Shown piece by piece: positions 8,301 through 16,516 of a DNA stretch of 42,635 nucleotides. The stretch is from an uncultured Lachnospiraceae bacterium (GTDB lineage: Bacteria > Bacillota > Clostridia > Oscillospirales > CAG-272), in NCBI GenBank assembly GCA_964445865.1, contig CAYULZ010000001.1:1-42635 (forward strand), in the 5' to 3' direction. Both the position numbers and the translations under genes were made by a program. Below the pieces are notes generated by a model. It ran no database searches. It had not been told where the DNA came from and saw only the letters and a program-made list of their open reading frames with translations. Positions within the stretch are counted from its first letter, which is position 1; every line of letters starts with the position of its first letter.

Positions 8301-8329
8301 TTGCCAAGCGTGGGGCGGTGTGTTACAAT
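8301..8329 (+). promoter_or_regulatory. Promoter for the 8358..10295 gene
   Basis: TTGCCA (8301-8306), 17-nt spacer, TGT-TACAAT (8324-8329). Confidence 0.6.
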
Positions 8330-8357
8330 ATAAAAAACGTGGCTAAGGAGAAGACTC

Positions 8358-10295
8358 ATGCTTTATACCTATTCGATCATGCCTCTGGACGAGGAGCATT
8401 TTGACGAAATTTGTGCCGATGTGCGCGATCAATACGAGAGAGGGATCAGCTCCTGCCCAATGTTCAAGCTGACGCTGGTTCCCGAGGGCAATCCCGTGTG
8501 GGATAAGGTTGGTCCTGCCTGCAAGATCTACCGCCGTTTCCGCGAGGCGCTCGCGCCAGACGGCATCAAGACGGGTGTTCTGATTCAGGCCTCGCTCGGC
8601 CACGCGTATACGATCACGCCCAACCCCTTCCGTAAATATCTCAATCTTGACAGTGGCAACGAGCAGTTTGTCTGCTGTCCTGCCGACGAGGGCTTCCTTG
8701 ATCATTTTTCTGACGTTTGCCGACAGATCGCCGCCGAGCATCCCGATGCGATCATGCTTGACGACGACTTCCGCATGGGCGTTCGCCCCGGTCGCGGCTG
8801 CGCCTGCTCGTATCATATGCAGGAATTCAATCGCCGCGCGGGAACAAATATGACGCGCGAGGAGCTCTATGCGCACATCATGGCGCATCCCGAGACCGAT
8901 CGGCTGACCAATATCTTCCTTGACACCCAGCGCGATTCGCTTGTTGCTGCCGCCACGCGCTTCCGTGAGGCCATTGACAGTGAGGATCCCGCCATTCAGG
9001 GAATCAACTGTACGAGCGGCGATGCCTGCGATTTCGTCGTCGATTATTGTAAGATCTTTGCAGGTAAGGGCAATCCCTCGATCGTCCGCTGTGCCAACGG
9101 CACGTACTCGCCGCTGAGTGTCCGCCGCTTCAGCGATATCATGCGCACGGCCGCCGTTCGTGGCGGTAAGCTGAAGAACCACGGCGTGGATATCGTCCTC
9201 GCCGAGACCGATACCGTGCCGTTTAACCGCTACGCCAAGAGCGCGCGGTATCTGCACTCGCACTATGCCTATTCGATGCTCGAGGGCCTTAAGGGCGCCA
9301 AGCACTGGATCACGCGTCTGTCGGCTCATGAGCCGAGCTCGGGCAAGGCCTTCCGCGATATTCTTGCCAAGCACGCAAGGATGTACGAGGAGCTGGCAAG
9401 AATTTCCGACGAGCTGACGTGGGTCGGCTGCGGCTCGGCCTTTATCGAGCAGCCCCGCCCGCGTTTCCACAATGAAAACTTCCGCTATTGGCATGAAAAC
9501 GAGTGGATCGCCTCGAACATCGAGCGCATGGGTCTGCCGTTCTACTATACCGACAAGGTGGGGAAGGCACTCTTCGTCGAGCAGACCGTCGTGGCGGACA
9601 TGACCGATACGCAGATCGAGACGCTCTTTGAGGGATCGGTCTTTGTCGATGGCGAGTCGGCGCGTCTGCTTTGCGAGCGCGGCTACGGCGACCGTCTTGG
9701 CGTGGATGTGACAGAATGGGATATGGGAGTGGTCAGCAGCGAGGTCTTTGTCGATGCCCCCGATTGCGTTTGCTCGAAGCAAAAAAATCTGCGCCGTCTG
9801 ATCCCGACGAAGGAGGGCGTGCGCGAGCTTTCTCATAATTTCCGCTATAAGGACGGCGGTAAGATCCTGCTGGCTCCCGCCGTGACCGCATACGAGCGAG
9901 AGGCAGGGAAGCTGTCGGTCGTCTATTGCGGCGTGCCGAAGGCTGATTTCAAGTATACCGAGGGCTTTGCCTTTCTCAACGAAACGCGCAAGGCGCAGTT
10001 CGTGTCGCTCTTGAAGGAGGCTGGCGCGCTTCCCGTGTATTGTGTGGGTGACGATGAGGTCTGCCTGCGTGCGGGCATGCTTGCGGACGGCTCGCTGTTC
10101 GTGGCGGCCGTGATGCTCGGCTACGATCCGATGGATGCGCTGACGCTGTATCTCGAAAAAGCGCCGAAGGCGGCACGCCTCTTGCGTCCCGACGGCACGT
10201 ACGAGTCCGTATCCTTCGAGAAGATCGGCGACGATACCTACGTCTTTGATGCACGCGTCGAGCCGATGTATCCCGCGTTTTTGGTGATTGAGTAA
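8358..10295 (+). CDS. Conserved hypothetical protein (645 aa), possibly a glycoside hydrolase/phosphorylase-like TIM barrel
   Basis: RBS TAAGGAG. A long ORF with no TM segments or nucleotide-binding motifs. The segment AIMLDDDFRMGVRPGRGCACSYHMQEFNRRAGTNMTREEL loosely recalls the GH112/GH42-type ...FGCAC...FxxxYG region; this is memory-based and weak. Confidence 0.6.
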   Translation: MLYTYSIMPLDEEHFDEICADVRDQYERGISSCPMFKLTLVPEGNPVWDKVGPACKIYRRFREALAPDGIKTGVLIQASLGHAYTITPNPFRKYLNLDSGNEQFVCCPADEGFLDHFSDVCRQIAAEHPDAIMLDDDFRMGVRPGRGCACSYHMQEFNRRAGTNMTREELYAHIMAHPETDRLTNIFLDTQRDSLVAAATRFREAIDSEDPAIQGINCTSGDACDFVVDYCKIFAGKGNPSIVRCANGTYSPLSVRRFSDIMRTAAVRGGKLKNHGVDIVLAETDTVPFNRYAKSARYLHSHYAYSMLEGLKGAKHWITRLSAHEPSSGKAFRDILAKHARMYEELARISDELTWVGCGSAFIEQPRPRFHNENFRYWHENEWIASNIERMGLPFYYTDKVGKALFVEQTVVADMTDTQIETLFEGSVFVDGESARLLCERGYGDRLGVDVTEWDMGVVSSEVFVDAPDCVCSKQKNLRRLIPTKEGVRELSHNFRYKDGGKILLAPAVTAYEREAGKLSVVYCGVPKADFKYTEGFAFLNETRKAQFVSLLKEAGALPVYCVGDDEVCLRAGMLADGSLFVAAVMLGYDPMDALTLYLEKAPKAARLLRPDGTYESVSFEKIGDDTYVFDARVEPMYPAFLVIE

Positions 10296-10361
10296 ATAAT
10301 CATGGGCTGTACGAAGGTGGCAGAAGTCTTCCTTGCCGCAAATCTTATCAAGATTCCCGAA

Positions 10362-10411
10362 TAAAAAAGAAAAGCTCCGCGCAGTCATAGGCTGCGCGGA
10401 GCGATTTTTTT
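10362..10411. terminator. Bidirectional terminator between convergent genes
   Basis: 11-bp stem GCTCCGCGCAG/CTGCGCGGAGC (10374-10402), flanked by an A-run upstream and a T-run downstream. Confidence 0.8.
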
Positions 10412-11903
10412 ATCGGGTTCTTTCATGCGTTTGGACGTATTGCTTGACGATCTCGGCCTCGGAGAAGCTCTCGCGAACGCCGCAGATGATCTGATAGGTC
10501 TCGTGACCCTTGCCCGCGAGGAGAATGATATCGCCCTTCTGCGAATGGGAGAGCGCGTATTCGATCGCGCGGCGGCGATCGGTGATGGCGACGTAGGGGC
10601 AGGAGCCGGCCGTGAAATACGAGGCAACCTCGCTGATGATGGCTGCAGGCGGCTCATTGTCGGGGTTATCCGAGGTCAGAATACAGAAATCGGCATCGCG
10701 TGAGGCCACGAGTCCCAGCTCGGCACGGCGCATACGCGTGCGTCCGCCGATCGAGCCGAACAGGCATACCAGACGCGTCGGCTCGTAGGTGCGGAGCGCC
10801 TGCAACGCGGCCTTGAGGCTGACACCGTTGTGCGCGTAGTCGATGACGACGGTCGCGCCGTTCGAAAGCTCGTAGGTCTCAAAGCGACCCTTGATGCGTG
10901 TGGTACGAATGGTTTCGGTGATCGTTTCGATCGAAAGTCCCATGCGCGTGCAGACGGCGATGGCCGTCAGAGCGTTGTAAACGCTGAATTCACCGGGGAA
11001 GGAGAGCGAAACGGGATACTGCCTGTCGTCATGCGAGCAAAGGAAGCTGACGCCGATGTTGCCCGGCGAACGGAAATACGTAATGGCCGAGGCACAGAAA
11101 TCGCCGTTACCGCAAATTGAGGTCCGTGCCTTGTCGCAACGGTTGGCGGTAACCATTTCGGTCGCGTGAGGATCGTCGGCGTTGTAGACGATGTACTCGG
11201 CGCCGTAATCGGTAAAGAGCGTGCGCTTGCAGAGCTTGTAATCGTCAAAATCGGGGTGCTCGTACTCGCCGATGTGATCGGGGGCGAGATTGGTAAAGAC
11301 GCAGATGTGATAGCGAATGCCGTACACACGTGCCATCTTCAGCGCCTGCGAGGAGACCTCCATAACGAGCGTGCGAATGCCTGCGTCGAGCATCTTGCGC
11401 ATATGCATATGTAGGTCGTAGCTTTCGGGGGTTGTATTGACCGTATGAATGTGAGTGTCCAGATAAGACACGCCGTTCGAGCCGATGTATCCCGTCGGAA
11501 TGCCGTTCTTGTTGAGAATGTCGTAGATCAGAAGCGACGAGGTCGTTTTGCCCTTCGTGCCCGTGATGCCGATGATGGTCATTTCGTCGGCGGGATGGCC
11601 GAAGAAGGCAGCCGAAAGAATGGCCAATGCGCGGCGCGTGTTGGGCGTGACGATGATAAAGGCATCGTCGGGCAGGTCGGTCGGGTGCTCGGTGACGAAG
11701 ATGCGGCACATGCGGTTGTACGCTCCGAAGGCGTAGTCGTGGCCGTCGGTCAGCGTACCCGGCAGACAGACGAACATCGAGCCTGCAAAGACCTTACGGG
11801 AATCGCAGGAGAGGGAGACCACATCGGTGGTGGCGGGATCCATTCCCGAGCGGTTGATGATCTCATTGTAATCAATGGCGCGGATCAATTCACTGAGCAG
11901 CAT
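10410..11903 (-). CDS. murE: UDP-N-acetylmuramoyl-L-alanyl-D-glutamate--(diamino acid) ligase MurE
   Basis: 497 aa: ...VVSLSCDSRKVFAGSMFVCLPGTLTDGHDYA...IGITGTKGKTTSS...NLAPDHIGEYEH...DYAHNGVSL...TSDNPDNE. This is the Mur ligase pattern. Confidence 0.9.
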   Translation of the reverse strand: MLLSELIRAIDYNEIINRSGMDPATTDVVSLSCDSRKVFAGSMFVCLPGTLTDGHDYAFGAYNRMCRIFVTEHPTDLPDDAFIIVTPNTRRALAILSAAFFGHPADEMTIIGITGTKGKTTSSLLIYDILNKNGIPTGYIGSNGVSYLDTHIHTVNTTPESYDLHMHMRKMLDAGIRTLVMEVSSQALKMARVYGIRYHICVFTNLAPDHIGEYEHPDFDDYKLCKRTLFTDYGAEYIVYNADDPHATEMVTANRCDKARTSICGNGDFCASAITYFRSPGNIGVSFLCSHDDRQYPVSLSFPGEFSVYNALTAIAVCTRMGLSIETITETIRTTRIKGRFETYELSNGATVVIDYAHNGVSLKAALQALRTYEPTRLVCLFGSIGGRTRMRRAELGLVASRDADFCILTSDNPDNEPPAAIISEVASYFTAGSCPYVAITDRRRAIEYALSHSQKGDIILLAGKGHETYQIICGVRESFSEAEIVKQYVQTHERTR

Positions 11904-12654
11904 GACAAATTCCTTTCATGGGGTGAAGTGTAAGGGAAAATTGCATCAGATCGCCGTCGAAGCCGACGGGCTCCTTGCCACACCGACAAATGGCCGAGAG
12001 GGCAAGTACCTCCATCGAATCGATGAAGCGGGGATCGGAGAAATGGTTTCGTTTAAAAAGAGAAAGCTCGGTACAGCCGAGAATCACGCGCTCACAGCCA
12101 CGGGAAAACAGCTCGTCGGCAACGACACGGAAGGCCGCCGTGTCGGGCGGCAGACTGCGCTTGATCTGATCGTAGATGATGTGGGAAACGACAGCTTGTC
12201 CTTCGGCAGACGGCGTCAGATATTCGATGCCGACGTCGGTAAGGGCTTCCTTGTACGCGCCCGAGGCGACCGTGCCCTCGGTGGCGAGAACGCCGACGCG
12301 TGTCAGCCCCAAAAATCGGCAGAACGCGGCGTTTTGCTCAATGATATTGAGCACGGGCACGTCTACCGCCGCTTGTACACCGGTGTAGAAGCAGTGCGCC
12401 GTGTTGCAGGGAATGGCGAGCAGGTCGGCGCCCGCGCGCGCAAGGCGCGCGGCCTCCTCGGCCATGGCAGGCAGAGGATCGCCGTCCGAGCGACCGAGGA
12501 TAAAGTCGGTGCGGTCGGGGGTGGAGGCTCGCGAGGAGATCAGAAGATCTAAATGCTCCTGATCGCGCGCGGCGCGGGTGTGCGCCGTCAGCATCTCATA
12601 AAAATATACGCTGGACATCGGACCGAGTCCGCCTAAAATTCCGAGTATGGCCAT
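11890..12654 (-). CDS. Aspartate/glutamate-family amino-acid racemase (aspartate racemase-like)
   Basis: Start MAILGILGGLGPMSSVYFYEML at 12654, then ...LAIPCNTAHCFY...ILGCTELSLF, showing the two catalytic Cys motifs. The stop overlaps the murE start by 14 nt. Confidence 0.8.
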   Translation of the reverse strand: MAILGILGGLGPMSSVYFYEMLTAHTRAARDQEHLDLLISSRASTPDRTDFILGRSDGDPLPAMAEEAARLARAGADLLAIPCNTAHCFYTGVQAAVDVPVLNIIEQNAAFCRFLGLTRVGVLATEGTVASGAYKEALTDVGIEYLTPSAEGQAVVSHIIYDQIKRSLPPDTAAFRVVADELFSRGCERVILGCTELSLFKRNHFSDPRFIDSMEVLALSAICRCGKEPVGFDGDLMQFSLTLHPMKGICHAAQ

Positions 12655-12670
12655 AAACGTCCGTATCCTT

Positions 12671-13096
12671 TCACGTAAGCGGTTGGGTTGGGGTGTCGCA
12701 CAGCTGCTGTGCAAGTGCCGTGAGGGGCGGGGCAGAAAAGATCGCGTCAGTGTCCGACAAAATAAAACGGCTTTCCAGCACCGCCGCGTAGCGTGTTACG
12801 GTATCGCGCGCCCGATCGGAGCAGGGAACAAGGATCGGGAGCATGCCCTCGCTTTTTTCGACAAAGGCGATCAGCTCCTCTACGCGCAATCGATCGCAGT
12901 CGGTCTGCGGCAGGCGAAGCGTCTGGGAGGAGAGGTCGAACAGATCGCGCAGGCGCGATCGGCCGCAAATCAGTGAGACGACGCCAAAGCGACGAAACAG
13001 ACGGCCGGCGAGACGGTGTGCCTCAGGCGTATTGTCAAGAAGAACGGGCAAAATGCCATCCTTCAGCGTTTCGTTCACATCACGTGCCGTCGTCAT
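12671..13096 (-). CDS. Short (141 aa) ORF resembling only the N-terminal pre-ATP-grasp part of an ATP-grasp ligase
   Basis: ATG at 13096 behind AAGGAGG: MTTARDVNETLKDGILPVLLDNTPEAHRLAGRLFRRFGVVSLICGR...MLPILVPCSDRARDTVTRYAAVLESRFIL. The pattern matches the N-terminus of D-aspartate-ligase-type ATP-grasp enzymes from memory. No ATP-grasp core follows. Confidence 0.5.
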   Translation of the reverse strand: MTTARDVNETLKDGILPVLLDNTPEAHRLAGRLFRRFGVVSLICGRSRLRDLFDLSSQTLRLPQTDCDRLRVEELIAFVEKSEGMLPILVPCSDRARDTVTRYAAVLESRFILSDTDAIFSAPPLTALAQQLCDTPTQPLT

Positions 13097-13108
13097 ACGT
13101 CCTCCTTG

Positions 13109-13124
13109 GAACCGCGCGCGGTTC
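13109..13124 (-). promoter_or_regulatory. Perfect 16-bp GC-rich palindrome in the 5' leader of the murE operon
   Basis: GAACCGCGCGCGGTTC lies between the predicted transcription start and the RBS. Confidence 0.5.
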
Positions 13125-13138
13125 TTTGATCTATCTTC

Positions 13139-13167
13139 ATTATAGCATACCGAAAAATGTTTGTCAA
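13139..13167 (-). promoter_or_regulatory. Consensus sigma-70 promoter of the (ATP-grasp fragment)-racemase-murE operon
   Basis: The minus strand reads TTGACA-AACATTTTTCGGTATGC(17)-TATAAT. Confidence 0.75.
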
Positions 13168-13269
13168 ATACAAATCCTCGGAAAAAGACAAAAAAAGCGG
13201 GAAAAGGCAACTTTTTTTGAGCAGGCGGGAGGGAAGTGCGTCAAAAGGAAAATATTTGCCGTAAAACCC

Positions 13270-13298
13270 TTGCAAAAAACATCACGGAGGATTATAAT
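13270..13298 (+). promoter_or_regulatory. Promoter of the GNAT gene
   Basis: TTGCAA (13270-13275), 17-nt spacer, TATAAT (13293-13298). Confidence 0.65.
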
Positions 13299-13327
13299 GA
13301 GGATAAGAATTCATCGAAGGAGGCCGT

Positions 13328-13915
13328 ATGAAAAAGGAAACGCTATATCGGATATTTTCGCACATACCGACGCTTGAGACGGCGCGCTTGCTTTTACGTC
13401 CTCTGTGCGTGGCAGACGCCGACGATATGTACCGGTATGCACAGCGCGCAGACGTGACCGAGTATCTGTTGTGGTCTCCGCATCCGTCTGCGAGCTACAC
13501 GCGGGATTACCTGGCATATATCGAGGAGCGCTACGCCATGGGGGATTTTTACGATTGGGCGATCGTGGAAAAGGAAAGCGGTCGTATGATCGGCACCTGC
13601 GGCTTTACGGCCGTTGATGCGCCGCATAACGTCGGCGAGATCGGATACGTCCTTTCCCCCGAGTATCACGGCAAGGGCTACGCGACCGAAGCGGCGGCGC
13701 GCGTGCTTCGCTTTGGATTTGAGACGCTTTCCTTGCATCGCATCGAGGCGAAATTTATGCAGGGTAACGATGCGTCCTTGCACGTGATGGAAAAGCTTGG
13801 CATGCGTTTTGAGGGCTACCGACGCGACGGCATGCTCGTCAAGGGGCGCTACCGTACCATCGGGATATGTGCGTTGCTGGAGCAGGATAGTCGGGGATTT
13901 GATGCAAAGCCTTGA
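13328..13915 (+). CDS. GNAT-family N-acetyltransferase (RimJ/RimL-like)
   Basis: ...LETARLLLRPLCVADADDMYRY...IGTCGF...GEIGYVLSPEYHGKGYATEAA...LHRIEAKFMQGNDASLHVMEKLGMRFEG. Confidence 0.85.
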   Translation: MKKETLYRIFSHIPTLETARLLLRPLCVADADDMYRYAQRADVTEYLLWSPHPSASYTRDYLAYIEERYAMGDFYDWAIVEKESGRMIGTCGFTAVDAPHNVGEIGYVLSPEYHGKGYATEAAARVLRFGFETLSLHRIEAKFMQGNDASLHVMEKLGMRFEGYRRDGMLVKGRYRTIGICALLEQDSRGFDAKP

Positions 13916-13940
13916 CAAACGGGGGAAATAGGACTATAAT
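13912..13940 (+). promoter_or_regulatory. Consensus promoter for the 13994 gene, overlapping the GNAT stop codon
   Basis: TTGACA (13912-13917), 17-nt spacer, TATAAT (13935-13940). Confidence 0.7.
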
Positions 13941-13993
13941 GAACATGAATACACGTGCTTGACCGAGGCTTGTCAAGTAACAAGGAGGACATT

Positions 13994-16462
13994 ATGATCG
14001 TTTCGATCGTCTTTTTGGTGCTCGCGGCGCTTTTTACCTTTTTGGGTGTTCTGAAGGGGAAAAAATATACGTGGGTATTTTCTGCCGCCAGAATCGTGGG
14101 TGCGGTGATTGCCGCTTTGCTGACCATGCTTCTCTCGGTGCTTTTGGCGCGTCTTGTCGGTAGTCTTCTTTCGGGCGTGATCGGCAATTCGCTTTCCGGA
14201 AATATGCAGGGACTGCTTACGGAGCTTCCCTCGGCATCCTTTGCCCTGATGGCACTGATCGCGATGCTGGTCTCTCCCGTGCTGTTCTGGCCGATCTTTC
14301 CGATCGTTTATAACCTGCTCAATCTTTTGCTGAAATTCATCAGCCGCGTGTTAGCAGCGCGTATGCCGAAAAAGGTTACGGGACTGGGTGGAGAAGCGCC
14401 GACCGAGGGCACGAAGCGCGTGCGCAACGCGGCTCTGCGCGTTTATGGAAAGAATCCTACCGGCATGATCTTGGGTGGCGTGTGCGGCTTTTTGCTGTTC
14501 TGTATCGCGCTCGTGCCCTTGGTTGGCTTGACGGGAACGGTATACGACGTGGCCGCGATCGCGGTGACGGCCTCGGGGGAGGATTCGCTTCCGAGTGCGT
14601 TGACCGACGCGTTGGACGATTCGGTCAGCAATGCGGGCTCGGTGGTTGTTCGTACGATCGGCGGTCAGGCGCTGTATAACGGCCTGACGACCTATTGGGC
14701 AGGAGAGGATACGGTGCACCTCGACCGCGAGGTCAAGCTCCTCAGCTCCTGCGTGGGCTCGTTGACGACCTACTCGAATCCCAAGATTCCGCGTGTCGCG
14801 GTGGCCGAGACGGTTCGCGGTATTGAGCCGGCTCTGGAGCAAGCGACTCTCGTCCCTCGCGTGGGCGCGGAGCTGGTCGATGCGGCCTCGGATGCCTGGC
14901 TGGACGATAAGGAATATCATGGCATCAAAATGCCGTCGCCTGCGGGCTACGAAAGCCTGATGAAAACGATCGTCAAGACCCAGCAGGGAGCAACGGCACA
15001 GACCTTCCGAGAAGATATGGGAACCGTCGTTCACATGATGGCGTATCTGATAGAAGAGGATGCGATGGGAAAGATCCAAGGCAACGCGATGGCGTTGTTT
15101 GCGGATCAGGAGCTGACTGAGGCACTGCTTTTGGATCTTCTTGAAAATCCGAGACTTTACGTGACGGTCGGTAGTGCGCTCGATCTTGGTGTAGATAAGA
15201 TCGCCGACAATCTGCAAATGCACAAGACGCGCAACACGTTGTACGACGATCTTTGCAAGGATCTGTCGGCTGTGGCGCGCGCAAGTGATGCGAATGTGCA
15301 GGAGGAATGTGACCGTGCGGCTAAGGCCTACCGTAGCGTGTTGGAATCCTACGGCATTACAGCCGAGGACGACGTGTATGCGCGTGCAGCTGTTGCTTCT
15401 GCCTCGCAGAGTACGGATATGGTATGCTGGTTTGCCGATGAGGGCGTGGTGACGGCCGAAACGATGCCGCAAAAGAGCATTCTTGTGACCTCCTCGGAGC
15501 TTGTGATCGAGCCCGTTTCCGTTCAGAATAAGGAGAACGAGGCCAAGATGCTGTCCGAAGCGCTGGCAACCATTTCCGACGTGTCCGAGCAATCGGCTGC
15601 CTCCGATATGGACGTAGCCGATTTCATTGCTGACTTTGGCCCCGCGCTCGATGCACTCTCGAAGACCGAGACGGTTGGACGGGAAAAGAGCGGCAAGATC
15701 TTCAAGGCCTCCTTGCAAAGCAAAAAGGTCTCCGATCAAATCGGCTTTTCCGTGATCGAAGCCTCGAATGCGGCCGATACCATCAACGGCAACGCTGATC
15801 GAAGCAGCTATGCGGTTCAAATGCTGTCGCTCTCGCAAACCGTTCGCGTGATCCGAAGTGCAGGTACTGCCGAGGGTGATGCCGCCATAGAGGCACTGAT
15901 TCGGAATCTGACCCCCGAATCGGCATCGACGCTCCAGACGCTGTCAACGCCGAGCGTCATGATGAACCATGGCGTTTCCGAGCGAAGCTCCGAGCCTGTC
16001 GCAACGATGATGTCCGATATGTTCGGCAATCTGTCCGACGCGAAGCAGGAGGGCATGAGCGAGGAACAGCTGCAGAAGGAAACGGCGGCTGTCAACAAGG
16101 TCATGACCACGGGTATGAACGCAAGCAACTCGAACGGCGCGGCCTTCGGTGAGGGAAGCGCGACGGGAACGAGTGCCGATCAATTCGTTACCGATATTCT
16201 CGATTCCGACGTTGTTTCGCAGACGCTTGTCGAGCAGGTATACGGAGAAGGCAGCGAGCCGAAGAACGACCCGCTTTTGAGCGAGCGTACCATGACCGCT
16301 GAGGAAGAAGCCGAGCTGATGACTGCGCTGAACGACAAGTGGGACAACGCCACCGACGAGCAGAAGGCGGATGAAGGCTACCAGAAGAAGCTCGTTTCGA
16401 TTGCCGCGTTGATGAACGTAGCGGTAGAGGTCGGAGAGAACGGTGTAACCAAGATTGCCTGA
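13994..16462 (+). CDS. Large membrane protein (822 aa): CvpA-like 4-TM N-terminus plus a ~600-aa uncharacterised helical domain
   Basis: ATG at 13994 behind AAGGAGG. MIVSIVFLVLAALFTFLGVLKGKK... and three further TM segments, then a long Ala/Glu/Asp-rich soluble region with no recognised motif. Confidence 0.65.
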   Translation: MIVSIVFLVLAALFTFLGVLKGKKYTWVFSAARIVGAVIAALLTMLLSVLLARLVGSLLSGVIGNSLSGNMQGLLTELPSASFALMALIAMLVSPVLFWPIFPIVYNLLNLLLKFISRVLAARMPKKVTGLGGEAPTEGTKRVRNAALRVYGKNPTGMILGGVCGFLLFCIALVPLVGLTGTVYDVAAIAVTASGEDSLPSALTDALDDSVSNAGSVVVRTIGGQALYNGLTTYWAGEDTVHLDREVKLLSSCVGSLTTYSNPKIPRVAVAETVRGIEPALEQATLVPRVGAELVDAASDAWLDDKEYHGIKMPSPAGYESLMKTIVKTQQGATAQTFREDMGTVVHMMAYLIEEDAMGKIQGNAMALFADQELTEALLLDLLENPRLYVTVGSALDLGVDKIADNLQMHKTRNTLYDDLCKDLSAVARASDANVQEECDRAAKAYRSVLESYGITAEDDVYARAAVASASQSTDMVCWFADEGVVTAETMPQKSILVTSSELVIEPVSVQNKENEAKMLSEALATISDVSEQSAASDMDVADFIADFGPALDALSKTETVGREKSGKIFKASLQSKKVSDQIGFSVIEASNAADTINGNADRSSYAVQMLSLSQTVRVIRSAGTAEGDAAIEALIRNLTPESASTLQTLSTPSVMMNHGVSERSSEPVATMMSDMFGNLSDAKQEGMSEEQLQKETAAVNKVMTTGMNASNSNGAAFGEGSATGTSADQFVTDILDSDVVSQTLVEQVYGEGSEPKNDPLLSERTMTAEEEAELMTALNDKWDNATDEQKADEGYQKKLVSIAALMNVAVEVGENGVTKIA

Positions 16463-16471
16463 CCCAAATAA

Positions 16472-16516
16472 TAAAACGGACGGGTGACCGATTTCGGGCA
16501 CACCGTCCGTTTTGTT
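16472..16516. terminator. Bidirectional terminator between convergent genes
   Basis: ACGGACGGGTG...CACCGTCCGT stem, with an A-run before it and TTTTG after it. Confidence 0.7.

Noticed and set aside
8343-10388. Very long antisense ORFs opposite real genes. This 681-aa ORF is one example; others are 4014..5147, 14351..15838, 23381..25429, 25887..27404, 28313..29647 and 30458..31576.
   Set aside because: Their translations are Arg/His/Gly/Ala-rich low-complexity strings typical of shadow frames in GC-rich coding DNA. They lack RBSs, and the sense-strand genes have clear family signatures.
12793-13377. 194-aa plus-strand ORF spanning the murE-operon promoter region and the GNAT upstream region.
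   Set aside because: It is antisense to the pre-ATP-grasp ORF, has an Arg-rich shadow-frame composition, and runs across two well-formed promoters.
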